NCBI GenBank assembly: GCA_040143965.1
Contig: JASJQH010000030.1
Location: forward strand, 1-44,430
Origin: Basidiobolus ranarum
Taxonomy: Eukaryota
Length of the DNA stretch: 44,430 bases
Direction of reading: 5' to 3'
Of this stretch, positions 1-12,297 are shown piece by piece; position 1 is the first letter of the stretch; each line of letters begins with the position of its first letter. The notes below the pieces were generated by a model. That model did no database searches. It was given only the letters and a program-made list of their open reading frames with translations, and had not been told where the DNA came from. The position numbers and the translations under genes are program-made.

Positions 1-109
1 GATGATCTGCCGTAAGTGTTATGCTCGTTTACCTCCTCGTGCTACCAACTGCCGTAAGAAGAAGTGTGGCCACAGCAACCAACTTCGCCCCAAGAAGAAG
101 CTTAAATAA
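1..109 (+). CDS. RPL40: 3' end of ubiquitin-60S ribosomal protein L40 (eL40) fusion gene, partial at the window edge
   Basis: Frame from nt 2 reads [35 protein letters not shown], the conserved eL40 C-terminus; AATAAA at 238-243. Not in the ORF track. Confidence 0.97.
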   Translation, partial: MICRKCYARLPPRATNCRKKKCGHSNQLRPKKKLK

Positions 110-544
110 TCTATTTAGCCTATGCCTATATTCACTTTCTTTCGTGTTTTTCTTGGCTGGTATCACGATGAGCGCTACTACATCACTTCATTCTAGCACA
201 TCCTTTTTGTTGTATATGTTTTCATGGTACCTATGTCAATAAAAATCTGCTGACTCGATTTGATTGAACTTTTTTATTTCATTAAGAATGAAACTACTAA
301 GTAGTAGGCTACAGTAGATTCGCACATATATTTGGCTGATACAACCGTCACAAATATTGCCAAATTTTCCACTTTTCCAATATGAAGATATAACTTCACT
401 TTTCCAGGCTTATTCTGTGAGAAAACATGTTCCAACTCCGACCAAATTCGAGAAAGAACATAGCAATTTTGACTCAACTTAATTTCTGTCAGCTACAAAA
501 ACGTACTTTAACTTCCAGTAGGTAAACCTTTAATTTCATTTATC

Positions 545-1738
545 ATGAAAGACAACTCAAACTTTTTAACAGATAGTAATAGCAAGTACTCAAGTCCATT
601 TCGAAATGTATTGCAGCGTATCGAGACAAAGTGTGTTGAAGAGCAGAAACCCATTGAGGTAAACCGCTTAAGAAAGTATACCCAGCAACTTAGAACCGCC
701 CCGACGACGAATGGAAAGGCTGAGCCTCTCGACACCATTTCTGCTGTAAATACAGAGCTTAGAACCAAAAGTGAAAAAACTTCAAGTCGTTTTGGAAACC
801 TCAATAATCGAGAGTTTTTAAATCAGTCGAGGTTACCTACCGAAGTTTCAAATACACCTTCTAAGGTTAGGTCAAAGAATACGATTATTACGGAGAATCC
901 AATATCATTATCTAGAAATAATGTATCTTCAGAGAAGAGAGTTCGAACCCGGAACCAAGTACTGGTAGTATGTTCACAAGATTTGATTTCAACCGGTCGT
1001 TTCAAAGTGAAAGTCCAAGCTGATCCAACGAAAAGAACACAATCACGGTTCGTCCCAATATCCCAATCAACTCCTCAGTCAGAGAGAAAAGTTAGAAACA
1101 ATGTCATGCTACATATGCCTATACTACCCGACAGGGCCCCTTCCCAACCCGTCGAAGTGAAGGTATTAGGAGGTTATAGAATCTATTTATGCCAATCAAA
1201 GCGTCAATGTGATGAAGCGGTAACCATGTTGCGTAATTCGGTTCAAAATCGTGCTACTCCTTTCTTAGGCTTTGATACAGAGTCTACACGGTATCGTTTA
1301 GGTTCTCAAGTATCAGTTATCCAGCTAGCCTCCTCAAACATGTGTTTTATTTTTCAAGTTGGTCAAATCTATCAATCCACCGGGAAAATCCCCGAATCTT
1401 TATGTAAATTATTAGCCGACCCGACTATCCTAAAGGCCGGCGTCAATGCCACCGGAGATGCAGCATTTTTGAGAAAAGCGCATAAACTGATCTGTGACCG
1501 TATCGTTAATATTGATAGTATAGCTCAAAAGCTAGGCCATAAACATCTTTCGATGATAGAACTTGTTCAGAAATTTGGAGTTGATATGAATCTTGATAAA
1601 ACTTGGAGAAAGAAGAAATGGTCACAGACTCATTTGACTACTAAAGAGGTCGATTATGCAGCAAACGATGCCATTGCCAGTTACCGTCTTTTTGATGCGT
1701 TAATCAAACGTTCTCTTATAGCAAATGTAAAATGTTGA
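545..1738 (+). CDS. DEDDy 3'-5' exonuclease (WRN-exo/EXD2/MUT-7-like domain) with a long low-complexity N-terminus; apparently intronless
   Basis: 397-aa ORF; ExoI FLGFDTES, VIQLAS, ExoII KAGVNATGD, ExoIII W...L...YAANDA, with all catalytic residues present. Confidence 0.9.
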   Translation: MKDNSNFLTDSNSKYSSPFRNVLQRIETKCVEEQKPIEVNRLRKYTQQLRTAPTTNGKAEPLDTISAVNTELRTKSEKTSSRFGNLNNREFLNQSRLPTEVSNTPSKVRSKNTIITENPISLSRNNVSSEKRVRTRNQVLVVCSQDLISTGRFKVKVQADPTKRTQSRFVPISQSTPQSERKVRNNVMLHMPILPDRAPSQPVEVKVLGGYRIYLCQSKRQCDEAVTMLRNSVQNRATPFLGFDTESTRYRLGSQVSVIQLASSNMCFIFQVGQIYQSTGKIPESLCKLLADPTILKAGVNATGDAAFLRKAHKLICDRIVNIDSIAQKLGHKHLSMIELVQKFGVDMNLDKTWRKKKWSQTHLTTKEVDYAANDAIASYRLFDALIKRSLIANVKC

Positions 1739-2064
1739 AGTTAGTTTGATTTTGAACGTGAACATGTATAACTTTTAATAACATTCGATCTCTTGAAGCC
1801 ATTTATCTGCACCTTATCCAACATTCTCTACATGTAACAGTTAACGATTTTCAATGTCATTTAGATGTCGAAAAGACGCACGTCGGTAACTTATGATGAT
1901 GCAAAAGTTTCTTTATTACAATGAATACAAGAAATCTGTGAGTTATAAAGGAAACACTTCATTTCTCTTTCCAAGATTATTCAACGACATCACCCCTGTA
2001 TCAGCATATATATGTATTGGATATAGTGTGGACTGTTGATTCGAAAGAAGGAGGAGAAAACAAG

Positions 2065-5000
2065 TCAGCATTCTTCTGAACGACAATGTAAATGTACAAT
2101 TTGTCTTCTTCCAAACTTCATCATACATGCAAATATGGCTTCCCCAATGAGTTTGTGACATACTGCACAAGTTAGTTCTGGTGTAACTACTATTGGTGGC
2201 TCATTCATATATGATTCGACCAACTCCGCACTTATCTATTAGTTTGAGAGTAGGTAAGGGGTATTGGTAAGTGATATACTCTAACATAAAATATCAAACG
2301 TTTTGTTTACCATTAAATTACGCCCACGAGCAACTCCCTTGAGTACTTGGTTTTCTAAATGAATGTTCATATTTTTTCTCAATGAACGGATAAGAAACTG
2401 TTGGATGGTATCTATTGACCAGTCATCTGGGATCATTTGGAGCACCTGAGAAAGAAGTTAGCATGTACGAGAAATAAGCAGATGAGAATATGTCATTCCA
2501 CCTACCTCCAATACATTTAAATACGAGAATCTACTGTCAAGAAGACGAGTAATCTGTGGCAGCATTGAATTGCTAAATATATTATATCACGTTAAAAGAT
2601 GTCAAACTGTTTTGGCTCGAAGGATTACAATACTGACCCTTGCTTGCTCATAGTTAGGTAAACTTCTAAAAGTTTATGGAATAGTATTTGTGATTGACTT
2701 CGAGTAGATATCTCCTCAGATTCGTTGGCGGTGTGTTTGTGCTCTACAACAGATTCCACCTGATTGTGAGAAGTATCTGGATCATAAATTCGTTTTCCTT
2801 CATAAATACAGTAAATCTCAGCTCCTGTGTAATCCTTAACATCGTGTACAAGGGTTTTGAGTGCCTTTTCATGCTCTCCCACCTACATCATGATGTCAAA
2901 ATTGGAAGTAAAAAGATATACAATAATACATATAAACTCCTACCCTTCCAAACAAAACGACTCTTTCGATAGTGAAATGTTCGTATTCCAACAATTTTTC
3001 CAGCACAGTATTCACTGCGTAGTATTGAGAAGATTGAAGGAATTTCAAGAGCTGGCATCGCAGTGTACTTGCTTCATCTTTACGCTTTTCCAGGAAGCTG
3101 ACAAAGGTGATAGAGGGCGAGGTAATACTAGCCACAATAAATGAATTTTCTTGATATTCAAGCTTAGAAACAACTTCTTAGATAAATCACGGTCAGAGGA
3201 AATATTATACCTAACTCATGGAGTATGTTTTGAGTATCTTTGTTGTAGATCGTCTTCAAGTCTTCTATGTAGATCGTAACCAGGGATGTATGTCTGTCCA
3301 CGTTCTAGTCCAAAGTTTTAATAATTGAAGGTATTAAAATGATCGAATCGTCCAACATACCTTGTCCTCGCATTGAAAAACTAGATACTCTAGATATTCC
3401 TTGATCCCACCGTTACCATTTTTCTTCAATAAGTTTAAGATTTGCTCTGCATCATATTTAGAAGCCTCCTCTGGCTTCATCCGTATAAAAACCTTTTGTG
3501 GAAAACGAATATTAGATAATATTTATAGTAAATTGGTAGATAACCAATCGAACCTGTGCCCCCAATGAAGGGTTTTTCTCGATCACCCACGGAATATACT
3601 CCAACACTAACTTAGGGTCGCTTAGCTTAGATAGAAGCTCGGCTACTTCAGCTACTCCGCCAAAATGACTGTCAGGTATAGGATCATCGTGGATTCTAAA
3701 TCAAATAATCACAATTTCAATATGTGTAAACCACTGTTTCTCCTATAACGAAATAGTGTTACTTGATCAACAGCTCAAGTGCCTTGTGATATTCCTTGTT
3801 TTCACTATATAGAAGAGTTAAGGGGTAGTATTGCTAGTACTGAGGTTAGCAACGGTTGGTTACCACGACATCCATTGTAATGAATTTGTACCTTTCTTTC
3901 CAAAAGAATCTGCTCACATTCACCCAGTATGCAATCATTCTTTGTCTTCAATAGCTTGTACAAATCTTCGGAATTGTTTTCTGAGTATAATTTGAGTAGA
4001 GCTGTGTCGATCGCCTTTCAATAAATACTTGATCAGTATATCCACACATCTATTCGACAAGACCATCTTAACTACCTGCTTAAGCTCAAACTTCCTTTCC
4101 TTGATCGACTTTGGTCGAGATTTGACTAAGAATCTGACCAAGATTTCTTTAGCATTGGAAATGAGAATGGAGTGCATTTGTTTGATAGATTGGATGGTTT
4201 CCTCGTCCTCAGGTACATCTGAATTGGTGCTGTAATTCTTTTGGATACTGTTGGATACTAGTAACAAAGCGTATTACTACCATATATCATCAGTATATGG
4301 GTAAAGAGTAAAAAGTACCAATATCGTTAATAGTTCCTAAACTTGTAACGTAGGCGTTTAACTTTTCTTCCAGTAATGACGTCTCTGACATGGAGCTTGG
4401 TCCAGAAATATCTGGAAAGAGATTGATCAATACACGAGGATCAAGATTTCCTTTCTGAAATAAACCCAGAGCATCATCAAAAAGCGTCTCTCCTAAATAA
4501 ATGAATCCAGCCTTTCTATAAGTGTACTCGAGTTCATAACGCTATTGATCAAAATGGTAAGTCGATTGATTGTGTATAGAGAAGTTACTTTGAAAAATAC
4601 CATTTGTTCGTCACGTTTGGTGGACATTATTGTACTTCGTGCATCTTCAGCCACATCTAAAGCCTCCTCAACTCTATTGGTATCAAGCAGATTATCTACC
4701 TATATATCATTAGACTAATATTAGGAGTCTGTAACCACTGTCAATACAATAGCCAGGCTAATAAATACTTGGGTGATTAGGGGGAGTGGAGCTAAAGTCA
4801 GAAGGGAATCTTTGGTGATGAGGAATGTTCTCGCCAGTCTTGAGACTTTCTGCGAAACATCAAGTATTGAAGGCACTGAAATTTCAATTCCATTTGTTTC
4901 AAAAATGCTTCGAATTTCCATAGCCCGTGTAAAGCCAAAGGATTGCATTAACTTTTGGTCAAGAAGATTATGAATTTGAACGGTATTATTTCGAAGGAGT

Positions 5001-6375
5001 GCAACTATGTATGGATAATGAACCCCTAAAAGTAAATTGAAATAATTAAGTACATGTAAAGTATAAACGGTATATCTATGTGACTACCTATGGCTCGTGG
5101 ATAACTTGGCCACTGGAGGGTTCCTCTTGTAGGGTCTCCAGAAGATGTGACAAACATTCCAAGAGCTGCTTGTGTTTAGGTTAAGGAAAAAAAACACGAA
5201 TCGGATAAGATGAAAAGAAACACGATTCAAAAAGGATATGAGCACCAGCGGCAGCAGTAGTAAGAAGGAACTCTCCTTTGTCCACTACAGTGACAATTGG
5301 CCTTAACGATGGATTACTGTTTTTAATACCCCATTCAGAGCTTCCTTTTGAGGTTGGAATAAGATCTATAGCACGCGAATTACGAATATCCACTATCTTA
5401 TAAGAATATGCATCCGCAAGGCATAAATGATTCTCAAAACGACATATAGTGACTGCACCATCAGGGAGTGATATTTCCTAAATATACCAGGTAACCATTA
5501 AAATTGACGCTTGACTGACTCCTATGTCTGTGACTAAGAATGCTTACCCGCTCCAACGTGGCACCATCCCCTAATTGATAGAATTGGACAACTCTACGTT
5601 TGACAGCACACATGGACACTCGGTTGTTTTGAGTAGACTTATTTCCTTGATCAAAGCACAGACAAGTTATACCTTTGATAGGTGCCATAATTTCATGGGG
5701 AATAGGACTTAAATCGGGCAGTGTGAAGAATAAAATAGTGGAATCTATATTGCATATGAACATATGAGTACACGAATATGAACAATATATTAGATATACA
5801 TACCACATAGTGCTATGAGCTTGGAAATACTAGGAATTGCAACAACTCTTTCTACTGCTTTTTTACCGACGCCCAGATTACGTTTCTGAATTAGTTGTGC
5901 GTTTTCATTATCCTATTTCAAGTTAAGGAAACGAATGAATTAGCAAGATTCATCGCTACTTATTACAAACGAATATGTCTAAAAGTAATGTACATCATCA
6001 GATAAAGATAGATCGGTTGCTAAATAATGATATATATGACCGTCTGTTGTTCCAACGTAAACATTTTTGTCTAGGAGCGATAAAATATCAAGTCAGTATA
6101 GAACAACTCTGAACCATCTGAATTTAGTGATAGAATATACCAAAAGTTTCCACTGATTCAGCTCCTAATTTTCCGGAAAACAACGATGAGGTTGAATTGG
6201 AGTTAGCTGATAAAGATCTTGTAAGGTTTACTGGTGATAGCGAGGAGTTTCGTGGCGGAAGTCGTGGTGGCGCTGGCTGTTGTGCTATTAACGAAGGAGT
6301 AGAAGCGCTTGATGATTGGTCCTCCGGAAGTAACGTAGAGAGAATGGTTTTCAGTACGAATGGTTGGAATTGCAT
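2065..6375 (-). CDS. Multi-exon CNH-domain vesicle-tethering subunit of the TGFBRAP1/Vps3 (Vps39-family) type
   Basis: Manual splicing gives YVGTTDG, GMFVTSSGDPTRGTLQWPSYP, KAGFIYLGETLFDDALGLFQKGNLDPRVLINLFP (closer to TGFBRAP1 AGFI...LDVRELISLYP than to VPS39), AIDTALLKLY, GEHEKALKTLVHDVKDYTGAEIYC and a C-terminal zinc finger CAVCHKLIGEAIF...VHLHC; stop TGA at 2067-2065. Many GT-AG introns plus one AT-AC intron. Confidence 0.88.
5172..5239 (-). other. U12-type (minor spliceosome) AT-AC intron, 68 nt, phase 1
   Basis: Minus strand: exon ...GGT GCT C | ATATCCTTT ... TTTTCCTTAAC CTAAACAC | AA GCA GCT CTT GGA ATG. Consensus U12 5' site and branch site; removal restores LLTTAAAGAQAALGMFV. Confidence 0.93.
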
Positions 6376-7844
6376 GACTCAAACAGCAATTATTATCTTT
6401 TATCAAGCTCAGCAAAAGTCAAAGTAAACGGCAAATTAAGGACATTCACCCAAATGGTAATGTAATGCGTACTACCTAAAGCTCGTAACTATTCAATATA
6501 CCTATGTCGTAAACTTCGAGGAATTATCAATTTCATCGGCATTCAAGCAAAATAACTAAATTTGAATTGTGGCAATTGATTTTGAGTATGGTTGATCCGA
6601 TGGGCAAAACTATGGATATGTTTAAACGGGATACTATCTATCCTGGGCATTTAACAAAATGAATAATTTCTGAATTCCGTGAATTTAGTATTGCAAAGTG
6701 CTTAAAAGGTTGGGAGGGGAATTCTATAATTTCAAGACCTATATACTGGATTTGAACCGATGTGCAAAAAATATAAGCCGATTCCTTTCAGCAACGATGA
6801 ATATATACTTAACTATACCCTTTAGAATATAGAACTTGGCTGGTTGTTAAAGTTTCAACTGAATCAAATATTAGTATTTATCGAATATGTAGACATTCTT
6901 CCTGTGTTAATATTTAAGTTCTCCTACTGCGAAATAGGCAAGTGGCTTTACTTATTCAAATCTGACCCTTTCAATACGTCACGTAAGTCACAGAAACGCC
7001 ACTGCTCTTGTTGCACCTCCTAGACTGCTGTTTTTGAGTAACGACTCGACAACATGAGCATAAGATATTCTAAACCCTAACCCTAAGGTCTAGGTTGAAC
7101 GACTGAGTATAGGAATTACTAAACATCTTATGGTTAAAATGCTATCTAATTGCATATCATTGAGTATGGAAATGATCGGCCATTACCCAACCACCGGTCC
7201 TAACCTAATACATGATGACCCAACCAAAAAATAGCCTAATTGCTAACACAATCTATTTATAGACTCCGATGGCTATCATCAGTTCCGAGAAGACTTCTTA
7301 TTATGTATATGAAAATGGGCCCGAATTTGGCGTTAGTATGGCTTGTGGTTGGCACGATTCTATTGGGGTTGCGTTCGATGTTTTATGATTCCTTCTCTAA
7401 CAAACAATTAAAATTGATGTACCATTGGTCAATTGTGTTCTATTCGACCCGCCGCACGTGGGAATGGAAAATCCATAGAACATGAACGTTATTTATATCT
7501 GACCTTGACTTTGTTGCTTCGAAGAGCATAAAGAAACTCAATAACTGCGAAAGAAAGCGAAGGTACGATATTGATTAATCTTTATCTAAAGAGTGTGGCA
7601 CTTCTTGGATGAGTTCTAACTATATATATAGTCAAGAGAAAGAATGGGGTGTGTTTAAAGTATAATACAATCAATATCAAAGCTGTTGCTTGTTCTTTAG
7701 GAAATAGGCTGTGATACTTGTGTGCTACCATTATGCACACCTTGACGCCAACTAATCCAATGCTTAGATCAGTCTAGTTTTCATTACAGATCTTGATCGG
7801 TCAGGTAAAAACTGCACTAGTGTCATTCCAAATTTTATTCTTTC

Positions 7845-7905
7845 AACTACCTCTCCTGAGAATCTGACCATACTTTTAACTGCCTCTCCTGAGAATCTGA
7901 CCATA
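7845..7905. repeat. 33-bp tandem duplication (about 1.8 copies)
   Basis: AACTACCTCTCCTGAGAATCTGACCATACTTTT followed by AACTGCCTCTCCTGAGAATCTGACCATA. Confidence 0.9.
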
Positions 7906-8905
7906 TTATGTTTGAAACTGACATTATGACTCTGGACAATCTGTGAACGTAGCAAATTGATCTTGCCAAGCTTTAGTTCACTAGATAACATCGTATTTAG
8001 AATTGAATTCCATCACACTCTAAAACAGTATAGATGACATAACTGTTCCACGTTGGGAATAGTCTAATCCGCTTTCGAATGCGTACAAGCAGTCTCGATA
8101 TTCAAGCGCTTTTTAGGCGAAACGTTACTCCTACCACGAGCATTTTACATTAACATCTTCATAGGATACAATTGATGGAACGGTTGATACAGCAAATATG
8201 ATTCAGCATATATATGTTTATTGTGATCTAATCGAATGTCAACTATAAATATCGCATTCCGAGGTTTGAAGACTAAATTGGATATTTTGGGAAGCAACTA
8301 AAGACTGGTTGTTTGTCTCTTATGCATTGTCTTCATATAGACATCCCCAAATGGCTTTAGCCGTCCAGAGCGAGCGATTTTTGTTTGTTGTTCACAGATA
8401 TTCATAAGCTCTTGAAACGAATTGTAAGAATAGGAGAAAGTAGACTCAGCCAGATAATCCCGATTCATATCAGATTGTATCAGAAATAGCCCAATCACAT
8501 ACATTGCCATTGTCAAGTATAACAATACTAAATTAGCTGGCAATTTGATTAGCTTGTTAAGGTCACCTAGCCGTAAGAGAGTGATGATATCGATATTCCA
8601 TTACGAATAACGAAGTTTGGAACAACCTACCACGCCATAAAAATATATCACTCGGATCGGCATTGAGAAACTAGACTCGGGTGAAAGCTGAGAGGTTTAT
8701 CACCCGTTACATTAAAAATAAAACCACCATCCTTACCACAATTTTCCCAATAAAGCGTTCTCGTTTTTCTTCACTTCTCTGAACTTTCTAAGGCTAAAGG
8801 GTATTGTAGTAGTGCCTTCTCTAACCCCCTCCCCCAAACGGTTATTTTCCTCTTGCTGAAAATATTTCATTCTTCAACTATCTATTTCCTCAATACTATC
8901 ATTTA

Positions 8906-10567
8906 ATGTCTTACTCTGGCCGTGGTGTGCCCGACTGCACTCTAGCACAAAATATGGAGACTATTCCGTTACATATGTCAAGACTTCAGTTGACCTTGGA
9001 AGCACAGTCAGGAGTGAATAGAGAAAATTGTAGGCTGGCTAAAAACCTTCGAACTCTGAGTAATCCCCAACTTTCAAGAGTTGCTAATACACCTGTATAT
9101 GTTGATCCTATATCTCGCACCACTGGAACTCGAAGTTCTAAACAAGACGGATTACCACCTAAACCTTTGAAAAGTAGTCTAAAGACCTCCTCACGCAATA
9201 AAACAGCAGAGCAAGGAGCAAGTAAGTATTTAACTTTTTATTTTCGCTACGGTAAACACTTTCCCAACATTTATATTTTTACGTTGGTTTATTAGACAGA
9301 GTGATTCGTACAAAAGCTTTTGAAAGTCCTAACAGTTCATTAGAAAGTATATCCGAAAGAAGTGAGCCTGGAGAGTTATCCGAGACTTCAGGAAATATTG
9401 GTATTCCTAGTATCGTATTGCCCGGTCGTAATGAAGACCCTTCACTCACTGGTAATATAAATATTCTCTCTAATGTTACCAAGTAGCTGCATCAAACTCA
9501 ATATTTTACAGTATTTTCACAGAAAAATAGAGATATGGAGTCTCCGAAATTGTCAGCACAATTTTATCTGAATACTCAACCAAGCTCGGATGATGAAGAT
9601 AATATCCCTTTAGCAGCTTTGACGAGAAAAGAACCTATGAATCGGCCCGGTGAAACAGGTAAAACTCACATTTACTTTTGCTTCCATTTACCTTTCTAAC
9701 GCGTTCATATTAGTCAATTTTAAAGCCAAAAACTATGGTCAAGTCCCCCTCGGAAAGAACAAGGAGCGAACTCGATCTGTGTCATTTTCGGCATATAACG
9801 AATTCATTCCCAATGAAGTTGAGTTATATTCTGATGATGATACTAGTTCAGTACATAGTCGTAGAAGGACATACTCTTATGATAACCTTAGAGATATTTC
9901 TAGCGATAGAGAGCACTCCCATTATAATGCACCCCATGTCCAATCGTATATGATGCCTACTAATTTCTCCAGGAGAGAAGCATCACCTCACCCAAGTTTG
10001 ATGATGCCTGTACATATGCCTGGAGAAAGACAAGTGAGATCATACGGACACCGAAGCCCCAAATATCATGAAAGTCAACATGGTCTGCAATATAACAGCA
10101 CACAACCATTTGCAACCCATTACACAACAGCATCATACGAACAGCTTGTAGATACCATGCCACAAGTATCACATCGATACGGTTTCGACTCGAACCGCGA
10201 GAGTCGCAGCAGCACTCCCTTAGCCAATTATCCTCAGCACCAAAATGATCGTTATATTGAAACCTACGGTGATTTTGGTAACAGTCGCGGTCCCGGGACT
10301 TCTGTATATTCGTCATTGTCTAGAACCTCAAGCATGAGATCTGCGTCGACATCATCACTTCCAGCTACCATGTATTCGTATGGAGCGTATGGAAATCAGC
10401 ACAATTCTGGCCCCGTTCCGCATCGAAGTAGTAGAGGCTTGACCGAAGTTCAAACTCGCTCCCCCTCTATGTCACGAATTCCTTCTTCCCATCACCGAAT
10501 GCCGAGTGCTATCTCGACGGACTCTGTAAGATCCTCGTCTAAACCACGAGTTAGAAGCTCACGATAG
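8906..10567 (+). CDS. Uncharacterised Ser/Arg/Pro-rich, probably disordered protein (about 4 exons)
   Basis: ORF pieces joined by GT-AG introns starting at 9221, about 9452 and about 9659; contains SSDDEDNIPLAAL and RTRSVSF; no recognisable folded domain. Confidence 0.7.
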
Positions 10568-11769
10568 TGTCATTCATTCAAATTCATTAATTTCCAACTT
10601 TACTGCTTCATATTGTGCGTTCAGCATCACCGGTATTGGCACTGCGCATTGCTCACGTTAGCTATTTTCTGTTTATCCTTTCTCCCCGTCATAGAATGTG
10701 AATATTTTTATTTCTAACTTTTACCATTACATTTTTCTCTTTTATGACTACTCTTCATATGCCTCATGCATCACTCCATTATGCTCGTAGTACATTTATT
10801 TACCATAGTCCTGAATATTAAATATCGATAATTTTCCACTTTATTCGTGGAATTCTTATCCCTTTGATATCACCATCTCTAATGAATTTTGGTACCAAAC
10901 ACCTATCTTTAGTAATCAGATCGTGATTTAATTTATCCGGGAATTATGCGCACCGTTTATCCGTTTCACTATAATTAATCCCATAGACAAAAGTACGCCC
11001 GACTAATTGGATCATCACATGTAGAGGAATCTAATTAAATCTAAAAGATTTTCATTGGTAGAGAAAATCTCACTCGAAAAACGTTTACTCGGTAGATCTA
11101 ATGGAGATAAGTATAGGCACTAGGAAGTAATATTGCAATAGTTGTCTAGAAATATGGCAAACGTGGGGTATTGATTCTTAACGTGGGATGTGTACTCAGA
11201 TGTTGGAACACAAGTGAGATTTTGGACTGCTCAGTTTCTAAGAATATCGTAAATTGGAAAATCCTGAGAACATTCAGCGGTGAATGTATATTTTCTCACC
11301 TGGTATCCATGCATTTGGGCGTAAGGCGTACTTAAGAACAGTTACGTAGAAGTGCTCCCTATGTCTTCATTTTAGAACAATTACGTAGAGGTGATTTCTG
11401 TGTATTCAATGTTCAACATGTAGTCATAATGTCACAATCCATTCATATGTAACTTGGATTAACTCTATGATATTTTTCCTCTAAATTAGTATGCAATAAT
11501 GTGTGGAATATAGCTCCAACAAGTTACCTTTGCACGTTAGGATCTGCATCTTGTAAGTCACTTCTTTTTTACCACATCATGTGTCATTTATGCGGAAATG
11601 GCACTTGCAATTTCATCAATTCGTTTTAGTTAAAAGTTGCTTAAATTAATGCTAGACGATTGGTAAACACCAAATTTTTTTCTGATTGTGAATAGTGTTT
11701 TTTTTTGTGTATTATTTTAGACTTTGAATCTCGTGTATTGAGTTAACTCCTTTATTACCGTAGTCCAAA

Positions 11770-12297
11770 ATGGCCAAGGAAAAGAAAGTCAAATCCACCG
11801 AAGCTTCTGAAGAGGTATCTGTTCATCCTGATGCCATCTCTCCTATCGCCAAACCTATGGCCGAGAAAAAACTTAGCAAGAAGCTTTTGAAAACTGTCAA
11901 GAAAGGTAACCATCGGGATTTGAAGTTTATTATCTAACATGTCACTAACCAAGTCATCGATTGATTAGCTTCCAAAAAGAAACATGTTAAGCGCGGTGTT
12001 AAAGAGGTGGTCAAAGGCCTTAGAAAGGGTGAAAAGGGTCTCGTTGTATTTGCCGGAAATGTTTCCCCAATGGACGTATTGAGCCATATACCCGTTATGT
12101 GTGAGGATGCCTCTGTTCCTTACTGCTTTGTTGAGTCAAAGGAAGAGTTAGGTACTGCTGCCTCTACCAAAAGACCTACTTCAGTTATCATGATAGTGCC
12201 TGGCGGTAAAACCGGTAAAGATGAAGGTTTAGAAGAATATAAGGAACTCTATGATGAATGTTTCAAGACTGTTAAAGAATTAGAGATTCAAGCTTAG
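11770..12297 (+). CDS. NHP2: H/ACA snoRNP subunit Nhp2 (L7Ae family)
   Basis: Exon 11770-11905, intron 11906-11968, exon 11969-12297; AISPIAKPMA...KRGVKEVVKGLRKGEKGLVVFAGNVSPMDVLSHIPVMCED...TKRPTSV. Confidence 0.96.

Noticed and set aside
1943-2170. ORF-track 75-aa minus-strand ORF as the last exon of the CNH gene
   Set aside because: Wrong frame; the zinc-finger frame ends at TGA 2067-2065.
7240-7485. 81-aa ORF with faint resemblance to Qcr10 (PNLALVW)
   Set aside because: It has a non-ATG start, no workable first exon (the ATG at 7054 stops after 8 codons), and the rest of the sequence does not fit.
11335-11420. Degenerate duplication of about 40 bp containing TTACGTAG
   Set aside because: Only two diverged copies and no further structure; no function can be supported.
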